DNA of 64,000 bases from an uncultured Acidobacteriota bacterium (GCA_963732325.1 CAVSYZ010000003.1:31079-95078), one strand, 5' to 3'. Counted from the stretch's first letter, positions 19,960-29,869 are shown. Numbers and translations: made by a program. The notes: a model not told the origin generated them from the letters alone.

Positions 19960-21090
19960 TTATCGGATTTTTCTTTTTTTCCCGGTTGGATCGATCGGCG
20001 ACGAAGCCGTTTTCCAATCCACGCCAGCGGGCCTCTTCCCCACTCCCGCAACATACAAAACTCCTTCCGTCACTCCATCAATCCTCAAATCGCGATCAAT
20101 CTTCGAATCCGCCATCGCCATCGTGCAAAACGGCGCAAGCCCCAGCCAAGTCGCGACCAAACAAAACGTCTGGCACAAATGTCCCGCCTCCGCGAGCACC
20201 ACGCGATATGCCCGAGGATAGCGATACTTCCACTGCGTCCGCGTGAACACTCCGGTCATAAACACAAACGCAGCTGCTTCGGAAAACCACCGCTGCCCGA
20301 TCACATAATCCGACATCCGATCACGCGTCATCCCGCGCCTCAGCAATTCCAACCGGTGTCGCGTCGCATCGTAGTGATAAATCCCCGGAGAAATTCCTTC
20401 CACGTCCCGTGCCACCACATAAGCCTCAATCGGATGCAAAGCTCCGCCCGATGGAGAAGTCTTCACCGCGAATCGCCCGAGCGGTGGCACCGAAACCCAC
20501 TCGCGCACTCCCCATGTCAATCCCAGCAGCGTCGCCAAATCTGCAAGCGCAACTTTCCCTGCCGCAAATCTTCGCCACGTTCTCCGCGCCGTGAGCACGC
20601 GCGCGAATTCGCCCTCCATGCGCGGCGCAGGCAATACGGTCTGCGCGGCTCGCGCATAGTGTTTCACCGGCACAGGCATCGTCTCCTTCTGCGTCAACCC
20701 CTCCATGTAATGGCCGATTCTCACCAGGTCAGCTTCAAACGGAAGATCACGCCCCGTGAAGTGAAAAAACCCCGCGGCAGGATTCCAATCTTTCCACGCG
20801 TCCATCGCGCGTTCGGCGGCTTGAGACTTGCGGTCGGAGCGTTGCAGCAGCGAATGGCGCGCCAGTTCTTTAATCGCTTCGCGCAATGACGAAGCAGAAT
20901 ATTGCGGGAAGTGACGGAGAAGCGCCTCTGCAGAACGCCAGCGGCCGAAGAAGTCCAGTACTTCTGTCGCGATCGGCGCGGCTGTTGCGCCATCACCTGT
21001 CGCGTAGTTCTCGAAGATCAGTTCCGCATCGTTCCAGTAGGAAACCAAGAATGGAGACCGCCGGAACAGCACCTTTTTCGCTTTGGCCAT
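19960..21090 (-). CDS. SagB/ThcOx-type (nitroreductase-fold) dehydrogenase with PqqD/RRE-like N-terminal domain
   Basis: 376 aa. C-terminal half: RRTWRRFAAGKVALADLATLLGLTWGV, PSGGALHPIEAYVVARDVEGISPGIYHYD, LAEAGHLCQ (SagB-type pattern). N-terminal ~95 aa: LFRRSPFLVSYWNDAELIFENYATGDGATAAPIATEVLDFFGRWRSAEALLRHF..LREAIKELARHSLL fits the strand-strand-strand-helix-helix-helix PqqD-like pattern. Confidence 0.8.
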   Translation of the reverse strand: MAKAKKVLFRRSPFLVSYWNDAELIFENYATGDGATAAPIATEVLDFFGRWRSAEALLRHFPQYSASSLREAIKELARHSLLQRSDRKSQAAERAMDAWKDWNPAAGFFHFTGRDLPFEADLVRIGHYMEGLTQKETMPVPVKHYARAAQTVLPAPRMEGEFARVLTARRTWRRFAAGKVALADLATLLGLTWGVREWVSVPPLGRFAVKTSPSGGALHPIEAYVVARDVEGISPGIYHYDATRHRLELLRRGMTRDRMSDYVIGQRWFSEAAAFVFMTGVFTRTQWKYRYPRAYRVVLAEAGHLCQTFCLVATWLGLAPFCTMAMADSKIDRDLRIDGVTEGVLYVAGVGKRPAGVDWKTASSPIDPTGKKRKIR

Positions 21091-21144
21091 GCCAGATGCA
21101 ACGAGTCAAGGCGCGGAAGAGTTTATCGCGCTCACCGGAAAGCG

Positions 21145-21357
21145 TTACTTCGATTTGGTCCTGAACGTCTGCCCGTAGTGCAAGGTTGGTCGGCAGACAA
21201 CTCCAATGATCCCCTGCGCTCGCCTAAGGCTCCGCAAATTCAGATCAATCCTCTTCAGATCGGCCTTGACGACCTTGCTGCGCAACGCGCGCAGCTTTTT
21301 CTCGGCCTTGTCGATTTCCCTGGTAATGCTCTTCAACGTGAATTTAACGTTAGCCAT
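21145..21357 (-). CDS. Small basic peptide A (70 aa), candidate precursor peptide
   Basis: MANVKFTLKSITREIDKAEKKLRALRSKVVKADLKRIDLNLRSLRRAQGIIGVVCRPTLHYGQTFRTKSK. ATG is preceded by GGGAGGAG. Paralog of peptide B. It lies 54 nt upstream of the SagB-like gene. The track ORF 21145..21492 is over-extended. Confidence 0.65.
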   Translation of the reverse strand: MANVKFTLKSITREIDKAEKKLRALRSKVVKADLKRIDLNLRSLRRAQGIIGVVCRPTLHYGQTFRTKSK

Positions 21358-21413
21358 TCCGTTCTCCTCCCGAGCGGTGCTTCCTATTCGGTGACCAGCC
21401 CATGACCGCGCCT

Positions 21414-21653
21414 CTAGGTGCGACTCGCGGCCGAACGGCTCGACGTGGATTTGGTCCGGAAATATTGCCCGTAGTGGAAGATCGGCGGACAAATGTGCAC
21501 GAGGATCGCGCGCGCTTCCTTGAGGCCGCGCAAGTTCAAATCAATCTTCTTCACGTCGGCCTTGTCGACTTTTGGGCGCAGAGCACGCAGCTTTTTCTCC
21601 GCCTTCTCGATATCCCTGGTAATGTTCTTCAGCGTGAAGCTGATTTTGGCCAT
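21414..21653 (-). CDS. Small basic peptide B (79 aa), candidate precursor peptide
   Basis: MAKISFTLKNITRDIEKAEKKLRALRPKVDKADVKKIDLNLRGLKEARAILVHICPPIFHYGQYFRTKSTSSRSAASRT. ATG is preceded by TGAGGAG. 46 of 70 aligned positions are identical to peptide A. Confidence 0.65.
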   Translation of the reverse strand: MAKISFTLKNITRDIEKAEKKLRALRPKVDKADVKKIDLNLRGLKEARAILVHICPPIFHYGQYFRTKSTSSRSAASRT

Positions 21654-21736
21654 ACGATTCTCCTCAAGCAACGAACTGCGACCTTCATTAATTGGTAAAC
21701 TCGGCCGATTCCGGAAGAAGTACGGGGAACCGCGAA

Positions 21737-21765
21737 AGTGTAGTTCACGCCCGTCACAGCGTCAA
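21737..21765 (-). promoter_or_regulatory. Predicted sigma70 promoter of the peptide-peptide-SagB operon
   Basis: Minus strand reads TTGACG (21765-21760), a 17-nt spacer, then TACACT (21742-21737). This gives a leader of about 77 nt before peptide B. Confidence 0.45.
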
Positions 21766-21862
21766 GAAAGATTGCACCGCAACTCTATTCTTGGAATCAG
21801 GCTGGCGCTCGCTCCAAATTGAGCATCGAGGTTTGCAGTGCGTGCGCCAAAACTTCTCGCGT

Positions 21863-24286
21863 CTAACGCTGCGCATTTCCATTTTCCGGCGCGTAAGGCA
21901 ATCCGATTCGCCGCACCAGCGCCGCAAATCGCGGATCGGAATGTAAGCTGGCAAATCGCGGATGCACGGCAAGGTTGATCAGCCGAACCGAGCGTTCGTC
22001 GTATGCTTTCTCCATCCACTGGAACGCTTCGTCGTTCTGGTCCAAACCCACGTAAACGAGTGCGATGCTGTAAGGCGAAACATATTGCCGCGAAGACAGC
22101 TGCAGGAGGTCGTCCAAAATCCCCAGCGCCTCAACTTTCTTTCCTGCCACGGCGTAGGCGTTCCCCAGCTCGGCCTTGAATGAAGTCTCGTTTCCAGAAA
22201 GCGCCAGCGCCTGCTGCAATTCTCGCAGCGCACTCGCATATTCGCGCTGCGCCAAATATGCCTGCCCGAGACATCCGTGAGCGACCGCGAAGCTGGGATC
22301 CATCGCTACAGTCTTCTGCGCTTGCGCGACAGCCTCGTCGTTCCTGCCGGCAAGATAATAGACCCAGGACAGGTTGGCGTTGATTATCAGCGAGCGCGGG
22401 TCCAGTTCTTGCGCCAGCTTCATTTCCGAAATCGCTTCGTCGCTTCTGCCCGCGGATGCCAGCGCCAGCGCATACCAGTGGTGACTATTCGCATCACCCG
22501 GATTCAACTCAATCGCGCGCTTGAATTCATCCAGCACACCGGGCCATTCCAGCCGGTAAGCACGGATCTGTCCCAGCACGGCGTGTGCGGAAGCCAGATT
22601 GTCGTCCAACTGCAACGCCTTCACCGCCGCAGCTTCGGCCTCTGGCAGCACTTGCGAGGACGGCACATCCTTGTAATCCGCCGCCAGCGTCAGCGCTCCT
22701 GCTAGCCCCGCATACGACGGCGCATATGTAGGATCGAGCTGAATTGCCTGGCGATAATCAGAGACGGCTTGCGTCACACTCTCGCCGGTGCGTTTCGCAA
22801 CGTAGTAATTCCCTTGCAGGTACGCGTCATACGCGGCTGGAACCACTGTGCGCGTTTTCGCCAGGCGCTCTTGCTCTGGCTCGGTCAGCTGAATCTGAAT
22901 TTGCGTGACGATGTCGCGCGCCACATCGCTTTGCAGCGCCAAAATATCCGTGACGGTGCGTTCGTAACTATGCGCCCAAAGATTCTGGCCTGTTTGCGGC
23001 TGCACCAATTCGGCGGAAATGCGCACGCGATCGTCGGACCGCAGCACCGAGCCTTCCACGAGCGCGTCGACTCCCAATTCTTGCGCGATCTGCGCGGGGC
23101 TCTCGTGCTTGTCCTTGTATTGCATTACCGATGTGCGCGAGATCACCCGCAATTTCTTGATCTGCGAAAGCTCGGTGATCAGCGCGTCGCACATTCCATC
23201 CGCGAAATAATCCTGCTTGGGGTCGCCCGTTAGATTTTCCAGCGGCAGCACGGCCAAGGACTGAATGGACGTCGCGCCCACGGCCGGCGAGCCGCGCCAC
23301 TTCACCTCGACGAGCTTCCACACAAACGCCGTGATCAGCAGTAACGCCGCCACAGCCGATGCGGCCAGCACCGCGCGGCCGAAGCGCGAGTGACGGGCTG
23401 CTGGCGGCACCAGGATCGCGGACGGTTGAATCGCGCTCGCCGGAATCACAGCCGAATTCGTGCGCAAGGCCTCTAATGCTGCGCGAATTTCGCTCGCGTG
23501 CTGATAACGCTGTGCCGGCTCCTTCGCCAAGCAGTGCTCGATCACCGAACGCAATCCCAGCGGCACGTTTTCCCGCAACGGCGGCGGTGAATCGTGCAGA
23601 ATCATCGAGCTCAATTCGTACGAAGTTCTTCCGCGGAACGGCCGCTTGCCGTTCGCCATTTCATACAGCACCACGCCCAGCGCCCACACATCGCTGCGCG
23701 CATCCGCCGGCTCGCCGCGAAATAACTCCGGCGCCATGTAATGCATCGTCCCCACAATCGCGCCTTCCGAGGTGAGCGTACTGATGGATTGCGTCTGGAG
23801 CGTGATCTCGCCGGGAGTCATGTGCTTCGCCAGGCCGAAATCGAGCACCTTGATGCGGCCTCCGGGCATCACGATGACGTTCGGAGTTTTCAAATCACGG
23901 TGAATCACACCGCGTTCGTGCGCGTGCGCCATGGCGTCCGCGATTTGCTCGCCGTAGCGAATCACCGTCTCGACGGGCAGCCCATCTTCCGGGATTTGTT
24001 CCGCCAGAGAACGCCCGCTGACGAATTCCATGACGATGTAGCTTTTGCCGGCCTCTTCGCCGACGTCGTAAATCGTGCAAATATTGGGATGGTTCAGCGC
24101 GGAAGCGGTGCGCGCCTCGCGAATCAAAAGCGCGCGCGCGTTTTCGTCGTGATTGAGTTCGTCAGGCAGGAATTTCAGAGCAACATCGCGGTTCAGCCGG
24201 TCATCATGCGCGCGATAGACCACGCCCATCCCACCGGCGCCGACTTTTTCGACGATTCGGTAATGCGAGACGGTCTGGTCGCTCAC
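21863..24286 (-). CDS. Ser/Thr protein kinase with TM segment, periplasmic-type linker domain and C-terminal TPR repeats
   Basis: Kinase motifs GAGGMGVVYRA, VALKFL, HRDLKTPNV, DFGLAK, APE. TM segment AVLAASAVAALLLITAFVW. TPR-like repeats at the C-terminus. GTG at 24286 is preferred because the track ATG (24352) lies upstream of the predicted promoter. Confidence 0.88.
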   Translation of the reverse strand: MSDQTVSHYRIVEKVGAGGMGVVYRAHDDRLNRDVALKFLPDELNHDENARALLIREARTASALNHPNICTIYDVGEEAGKSYIVMEFVSGRSLAEQIPEDGLPVETVIRYGEQIADAMAHAHERGVIHRDLKTPNVIVMPGGRIKVLDFGLAKHMTPGEITLQTQSISTLTSEGAIVGTMHYMAPELFRGEPADARSDVWALGVVLYEMANGKRPFRGRTSYELSSMILHDSPPPLRENVPLGLRSVIEHCLAKEPAQRYQHASEIRAALEALRTNSAVIPASAIQPSAILVPPAARHSRFGRAVLAASAVAALLLITAFVWKLVEVKWRGSPAVGATSIQSLAVLPLENLTGDPKQDYFADGMCDALITELSQIKKLRVISRTSVMQYKDKHESPAQIAQELGVDALVEGSVLRSDDRVRISAELVQPQTGQNLWAHSYERTVTDILALQSDVARDIVTQIQIQLTEPEQERLAKTRTVVPAAYDAYLQGNYYVAKRTGESVTQAVSDYRQAIQLDPTYAPSYAGLAGALTLAADYKDVPSSQVLPEAEAAAVKALQLDDNLASAHAVLGQIRAYRLEWPGVLDEFKRAIELNPGDANSHHWYALALASAGRSDEAISEMKLAQELDPRSLIINANLSWVYYLAGRNDEAVAQAQKTVAMDPSFAVAHGCLGQAYLAQREYASALRELQQALALSGNETSFKAELGNAYAVAGKKVEALGILDDLLQLSSRQYVSPYSIALVYVGLDQNDEAFQWMEKAYDERSVRLINLAVHPRFASLHSDPRFAALVRRIGLPYAPENGNAQR

Positions 24287-24309
24287 GTGTGGACAACGCT
24301 CAAGCGAGC

Positions 24310-24339
24310 ATCTTAGGCCGCAGCAGAAACCCAAGTCAA
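24310..24339 (-). promoter_or_regulatory. Predicted promoter of kinase 1 (paralogous to the 27118-27146 promoter)
   Basis: Minus strand reads cgTTGACTtg, an 18-nt spacer, then TAAGATg. The same cgTTGACTtg...ccTAAGATg framework occurs upstream of kinase 2. Confidence 0.45.
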
Positions 24340-24616
24340 CGCGGAAGCCCAACGCGGTTTCGCGTTCTTGGCAGGTTCTAACTGGCGAATTCGCTTATTC
24401 TAAACCTGAACAACGCCCGGTGCTGCACGTTGAGGCGAAACCTCTGATCAGCGAGGTTACGGCAGGGACGAAATTCACTTGGAGCACAAGTGTGGTCTCG
24501 CGACCCACCAAGCAAGTCAATTTGATTGGAGAAAAATGCACAATTCGTCAGCATCCAAAACCGTGCGGCGCATTGGCCATGGATTGTGAGCACGACCCTA
24601 GGTGACCGGGCCGAAC

Positions 24617-27109
24617 CTATAGCGGGAGGCCGAGCTTCTGCAATAGCGCGGGCCAGCGCGAGTCGGACTTCAGGTGGTCAAGCGCTGGGAAGCGAATGAC
24701 CGCGGTGATTTCGTCGTCCCGATCCGCTAAGGCTTTTTCGAGATTCTCGAACGCCTTGTCGTGATTTCCTGTCAGAGCATAGGCAACGGCAGCGTTCGCG
24801 GGCATCTTACCGTCGCTAATAGCATCCATGAATTCAGCATAACCTTTCGCGTCCGGGGTCCACGAACGCGTGGACAGCGCGTCGCCCGGCGGACCCGCTT
24901 TCTGCAACGTGCTCACGGCCTCGGCAAACCGGCCCTGCGTGGCCTGCATCTGAGATAGATAGAAGAGGCCCGGACCAAAGCCAGGGTCACGCTGGAAGAT
25001 CTGATCGAACTGGTCTTGGGCTTGGGGATACTGGTGAGCGTCCATCAGGCTGAGAGCGTAGTTCGTCTTGACGATCGCCGCGAGCGGATCGAGAGCCAGC
25101 GCGAGGCGGAACTGCTGGAGCGCTTCTTCGAGTTGGTTCATCGGCATCAGATAATTGAACGCATAAAAATAATGAGCGTTCGCGTTATTTGGACTCAGTT
25201 CGATCGCGCGGCGAAACTCCAGCCCCACAGCGCTCCATTTCCAAGCGGCGGCCAGCGCATTGCCACGCGCCACGTGCGCGTCAGAGCTGGAATCGTCCAG
25301 CTCGATCGCTTTTTGGGAGGCTTGATCCGCTAATGCCAAGGATTGGTCTGGCGGAATCAAGCGGCCGTAACCCGCGGCGACCACATAGCTATTCGCAAGC
25401 CCTGCCCAGGCCAGCGCGTAATTCGGATCGGCGGCGACCGCCTGGCGGAATAACTCGACACTCTTGAGGATTCCCGGTTTCGTGCGCCCGTACAATTGCT
25501 GCTGCGCCTCAAGGTAGAGGCGATAGGCGTCGGGGTTCGTGGTGCCGGCGCTGCCCATTTTTACCTCAGCGCTGCCGGTCGCATTTACGCGTAATTTCTT
25601 CGCGACGTCGCGGGTAATGTCACTCTGCACCTGCGTGACGTCAGCCATCTTGCGTTCGTAGTGGTTGCCCCACATTTCCGAGCCGTCGGCGGTGCTGACG
25701 AGGTCCGCTTGCACTGCGACTGTATCGCCGTGCTGTGTGACACGACCCATCAGCACCGAGCCGACGTTGAGGTCCTTGCCGATTTGTTGCGGGTCATCTT
25801 CCTTGCCCTTGAAGCGGAAGACGGTGCTGCGCGCCATCACTTTGACGTCGGGCAGTTGCGAAAGCGTGCCGATCAGGCTTTCGGTGAGGCCGTCGCTTAG
25901 ATATTCGTTGCTGGGATCTGAGGTGGCGTTCACGAATGGCAGCACGGCGATGGAATTGACTTTTTCGGCGGGCGAGCGGCCGTGCAGGAAGTAATAGCCG
26001 CCGGCGATGACGAGAGCGAGCGCTGCAGCGACAGCGCCGCCGATCCAAAGTTTGCGCGACGCGCCGACATGCACAGCGGGCACCGTCGTGGAACCGGAGG
26101 ATGGTTGCGTTGGCGATGTGGCACTGGCGGCGCTAGCACCAGCCGCTGCAGACACACTACCCGATAAGGCGGTAGACGCATCGCTGACGTGCGTCGAGCG
26201 CCCGGAATCCTGTTCGCGCTTCAGCCGCGCGAGGTCCGCGCGAACGTCGGCGGCGGTCTGATAGCGCAGGTTACGGTCCTTCTCCAATGCCTTGTTAATG
26301 ATGCGCTCGAGCTCCGCCGGCGTTTCGGGATTCAGCCGCACGGGAGCCGCCACCGCGCCATCCAGGATCGCTTTGAAAATCACGCCGGAGGTTTCGCCGC
26401 GGAAAGGCAGCGCACCGGTGGCCATTTCGTAGAGCACGGCGCCGAAGGAGAAAAGGTCGGAGCGACAATCGAGTTCCTTGCCGCGAACCTGCTCGGGCGA
26501 CATGTAAGCAACGGTGCCCATGGTGCTGCCGGGGCTGGTGAGATGCTCGGCGGAGGCACCCAAGGTGGCGCCCTCGGTGGTGTCCACGGGCATTTTGGAG
26601 GCGGAAGAGCCCGCGGCGGTGAAGGTTACCTTGGCGAGACCAAAATCAAGAATTTTGGCGTGGCCGCGTTTGGTGACAAAAATATTCGCGGGCTTGATGT
26701 CGCGGTGAATGATGTGTTCGGCGTGCGCAGCGTCGAGCGCATCGGCGATTTCGATAGCGAGAGTGAGGAGGTCTTCGATATCCACGGGGCGGCCGTTGAT
26801 GCGGTGCTTAAGCGTCTGCCCATCGAGAAATTCCATGGCGATGAAGGCGTGGCCATCCTGCTCGCCGATATCGTAAATCGTGCAGATGTTGGGATGGTTC
26901 AGGGCGGAGGCGGCTTGGGCTTCACGCTGGAATCGCGCGAGAGCCTGCGGATCGCCGGCGACGTCCTCCGGCAGAAATTTCAGTGCGACGAAGCGCTTCA
27001 GGCGCGAGTCTTCGGCCTTGTAAACGACACCCATGCCTCCGCCGCCGAGCTTTTCGATGATGCGGTAGTGTGAGAAGGCCTGCCCGATTGGAGACGGCGT
27101 GTCCAGCAT
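24617..27109 (-). CDS. Ser/Thr protein kinase with TM segment and C-terminal TPR repeats (paralog of 21863..24286)
   Basis: 830 aa. [37 protein letters not shown] segment [24 protein letters not shown]-like C-terminus. Confidence 0.9.
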   Translation of the reverse strand: MLDTPSPIGQAFSHYRIIEKLGGGGMGVVYKAEDSRLKRFVALKFLPEDVAGDPQALARFQREAQAASALNHPNICTIYDIGEQDGHAFIAMEFLDGQTLKHRINGRPVDIEDLLTLAIEIADALDAAHAEHIIHRDIKPANIFVTKRGHAKILDFGLAKVTFTAAGSSASKMPVDTTEGATLGASAEHLTSPGSTMGTVAYMSPEQVRGKELDCRSDLFSFGAVLYEMATGALPFRGETSGVIFKAILDGAVAAPVRLNPETPAELERIINKALEKDRNLRYQTAADVRADLARLKREQDSGRSTHVSDASTALSGSVSAAAGASAASATSPTQPSSGSTTVPAVHVGASRKLWIGGAVAAALALVIAGGYYFLHGRSPAEKVNSIAVLPFVNATSDPSNEYLSDGLTESLIGTLSQLPDVKVMARSTVFRFKGKEDDPQQIGKDLNVGSVLMGRVTQHGDTVAVQADLVSTADGSEMWGNHYERKMADVTQVQSDITRDVAKKLRVNATGSAEVKMGSAGTTNPDAYRLYLEAQQQLYGRTKPGILKSVELFRQAVAADPNYALAWAGLANSYVVAAGYGRLIPPDQSLALADQASQKAIELDDSSSDAHVARGNALAAAWKWSAVGLEFRRAIELSPNNANAHYFYAFNYLMPMNQLEEALQQFRLALALDPLAAIVKTNYALSLMDAHQYPQAQDQFDQIFQRDPGFGPGLFYLSQMQATQGRFAEAVSTLQKAGPPGDALSTRSWTPDAKGYAEFMDAISDGKMPANAAVAYALTGNHDKAFENLEKALADRDDEITAVIRFPALDHLKSDSRWPALLQKLGLPL

Positions 27110-27117
27110 GTGGGCAC

Positions 27118-27146
27118 ATCTTAGGTGGGAGGAAGAAGCAAGTCAA
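27118..27146 (-). promoter_or_regulatory. Predicted promoter of kinase 2; geometry implies a leaderless or near-leaderless mRNA
   Basis: Minus strand reads TTGACT (27146-27141), a 17-nt spacer, then TAAGAT (27123-27118). Only 8 nt (gtgcccac) separate the -10 from the ATG at 27109, and there is no SD. Confidence 0.45.
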
Positions 27147-27253
27147 CGAAGAGAGGTGGTGGTGGCCCAAGCCTTCTCGTCGCCGCACGCCGTAATCTGC
27201 GCGGCGGATCGCCGCTGCAGTCGGATCACGCTATCGTCGCGCCTATTAGACGC

Positions 27254-28570
27254 TTAGTTCGCTGGAACCGCAGGGGAGGGGGACGGCAAAGCGGTTGGCG
27301 GCGAATTCTTGGCGACGGTTGGGGACTGCTGCGACGGCAGTGGCGGCATCAGCGCCAGCGCGTGGTCGCGCATCGCGGCGAATTCGTTCCAGTCGTGTTT
27401 CGAAACCGGATCCGACGGCGGCAGCGGCAAGCGCTCGAAATTCAGAAATTCTGTGCCGTGCTGGATGCGGAAATCCAAGTGCGGGCCGGTCGCGAGGCCG
27501 GTCATGCCGACCAGGCCAATCCGCTGGCCCTGCTGGACGCGCTCGCCGGAATGTACCAGCACGCGCGAGAGATGCATGTAGTAGGTGGTGTAACCATTGC
27601 TGTGCTGAATCTCAATCAGGTTACCCGCGCCGCCCTTTCTACCGGCGAAAATCACGCGGCCATCGCCGATCGTTTGCACAGGCGTGCCCGTGGGCGCGGC
27701 ATAATCAATTCCTAGGTGCGGCCGGTATTCTTTCAGAATGGGATGGTAGCGATGCTGGCTGAAGTGGGAAGTGATCACCGCGGCGAATTTCAGCGGCGAA
27801 TGCAGAAACGCCTTCTTCATAGACTTCCCTTCCGGCGTGTAATACGCAGGCTCGCCATTGGGCCCATGAAACAAGACCGCGCGGTAAGAATGAGGGCCAT
27901 TGTTGTACTCCGCCGCGAGGATGCGGCCGTAGGAAGCGACTTCTCCGCTCTCGAGCGTTTTCTTTTCCACGACAACGCGGAAAGTATCGCCTGGCCGCGG
28001 ATCGGTGTAGAAATCCAAGTCCCAGCCGAATATTTGCGCCAGACGCATGGCCAGTTCTGGCCTCTCTCCCGCGTCCAGCACGGCATTGAAGAGCGAGCCG
28101 TTCACTTGGCCGACGACGCCCACTTCCTCGGTTTCCGACGGGATGGTCTGCAGTTCGGCGTGAAAATCATCCCCTTGCGGCCGTATGTAAAGGACACGAT
28201 CAGCGTCAATGCGGTAACGCACTTCGCGCACGTCGCCCAGAGCCGAGCGGCCCACCACGAAACTGTTGCCCGCGCGCAGATGGCGCAGATCGAAAACCGA
28301 TTGCGCGGCAGCGATCATGCGCGCGGCGGCGTTCGCCGTGAACCCCATGCTCTGCAGGAAAGCTGGAAACGGCTGGCGCGCCGGGACTACCGCTTCGCTG
28401 AACAGCACCAGCTGCTCCTGCATGCGATGCGCATCTTCGCGCGAAGGAGACGGCTGCGTCATGATTTGGTAATCGGAGGCGGATGTGCGCAGGTAATTCA
28501 CGCCGACGACGCCCGTCACAGCAACGGCGACCAGCAAAATGCAGATTAGAACCTTGAGTGTTGTTCCCAT
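27254..28570 (-). CDS. M23-family metallopeptidase (LytM-like) with N-terminal membrane anchor
   Basis: HLGIDYAAPTGTPV (HxxxD), HSNGYTTYYMHLS, and GMTGLATGPHLDFRI (HxH-type) motifs. N-terminal TM segment. Confidence 0.88.
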   Translation of the reverse strand: MGTTLKVLICILLVAVAVTGVVGVNYLRTSASDYQIMTQPSPSREDAHRMQEQLVLFSEAVVPARQPFPAFLQSMGFTANAAARMIAAAQSVFDLRHLRAGNSFVVGRSALGDVREVRYRIDADRVLYIRPQGDDFHAELQTIPSETEEVGVVGQVNGSLFNAVLDAGERPELAMRLAQIFGWDLDFYTDPRPGDTFRVVVEKKTLESGEVASYGRILAAEYNNGPHSYRAVLFHGPNGEPAYYTPEGKSMKKAFLHSPLKFAAVITSHFSQHRYHPILKEYRPHLGIDYAAPTGTPVQTIGDGRVIFAGRKGGAGNLIEIQHSNGYTTYYMHLSRVLVHSGERVQQGQRIGLVGMTGLATGPHLDFRIQHGTEFLNFERLPLPPSDPVSKHDWNEFAAMRDHALALMPPLPSQQSPTVAKNSPPTALPSPSPAVPAN

Positions 28571-28771
28571 AATTCCCTACCGCGAATAGTTTACGAAGAT
28601 GGGAGCATAACGCAATGCGCTGCGGGGCAGGAAGTGAAATGCTGCGACTTTGTTCATCGGGTAACAGGCGAGATTGGGGCTGCGGAGCGTGAATCCAAAA
28701 GCTGTGCACCGCAGAGACGCAGAGAAAACCTAAAACGGCAGAACCAGTCAGACGTCTGACGATACCGAAAA

Positions 28772-29869
28772 TTAGTGCGAGGCGCCCGCAGCGGTGGTGT
28801 ACGGCGCACGGCGCGCGGATTCGGCGAAATAATTTCGTTCGCGCAGGCCGTGATAAATGCGTCCGGCGATTTCGGAAGCGTGCGGACCGCTCACCGCGCG
28901 GCTGCCTCCGCGAATCAGAACCACGAGCACGATTTTCGGATGCGCCTGGTCGGCATAGGAAACAAACCAGCCAAGGCGTCCGCCGAGCGATTCGTCATTG
29001 CATGTGCCGGTTTTACCGAGAGCCTGCTCGCCATCTGGATCGTAGCTTTGCTTCGCCGTGCCGTACATCACGGCAGCCAGCATGCCTTCGCGCAAATCCG
29101 GGAGCAGCGGCGCGATGTCAAGTTGCTGGCGCACGCGCGGCTGAAAATTCTGGCGCGCTTCTTCGCTGCGCGGATATTGCAAGTAATACTGCGTGCCGCC
29201 GTTCGCGAGTGTGGCGACCAGCGAAGCGAGCTGCAGCGGCGTGAGACGGATGCCTTCGCCAAAACTGGACATGCGCGCGACGCCGCCATAGGCCGGAGGA
29301 ACGGAAGGCACCAGGCCAGGCTGTTCCTCGGGGATTTCGTAGCCGGCGCGATCGCCCAAGCCAACCAACTTCGCGTACTGGTGGACCCGCGGGAAACCGA
29401 GGCGCGTGCCGACCTGTTCGAAATAAACATTATTGGAATGCGCCATTGCTTCGGTGAGGTCCATATAGCGGCGATGGCCCACTTGGAGCATGGTGTCGCG
29501 AGTGATGACACCTTCCTGCAATCCAGCGAGAGCGATCACGGGCTTGATCGTCGAACACGGTTCGAAGCCCGAGGAAAATGCCATTTTCTGATTGACGATG
29601 GTGAGGATGCGGCCGGTGGACGGGTCCATTGCGAGCACGGAGCCGTTAGCGTGGCCCAAGGCGCTTACAGCTACCTGGCGAATTACCGGATCATCGTACG
29701 CGGAGTTGTCATCCTTGGTCGGATCGCCGTACGCCGAAATGCCGGACTTTTTGTGGCGCGTGCGGGTCGTGGAACTGTTAGGCGTTGCCGCGGACGCGAC
29801 TGCAAACGTGCCCGCGAGAAACAGGCAAATGACCGGGACAAATTGTCTGAAGGCTGGGCTAGGTTGCAT
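28772..29869 (-). CDS. Penicillin-binding transpeptidase-domain protein (class D beta-lactamase/BlaR-sensor-like size)
   Basis: Signal peptide, then SxxK (CSTIKP), SxN (HSNN) and KTG (GKTGT) motifs. 365 aa with a single domain. Confidence 0.8.
   Translation of the reverse strand: MQPSPAFRQFVPVICLFLAGTFAVASAATPNSSTTRTRHKKSGISAYGDPTKDDNSAYDDPVIRQVAVSALGHANGSVLAMDPSTGRILTIVNQKMAFSSGFEPCSTIKPVIALAGLQEGVITRDTMLQVGHRRYMDLTEAMAHSNNVYFEQVGTRLGFPRVHQYAKLVGLGDRAGYEIPEEQPGLVPSVPPAYGGVARMSSFGEGIRLTPLQLASLVATLANGGTQYYLQYPRSEEARQNFQPRVRQQLDIAPLLPDLREGMLAAVMYGTAKQSYDPDGEQALGKTGTCNDESLGGRLGWFVSYADQAHPKIVLVVLIRGGSRAVSGPHASEIAGRIYHGLRERNYFAESARRAPYTTAAGASH

Noticed and set aside
26189-27073. 294-aa plus-strand ORF; also 35810..36841 (343 aa) and 20179..20889 (236 aa)
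   Set aside because: These are shadow ORFs opposite the kinase 2, thiolase and SagB-like genes respectively.
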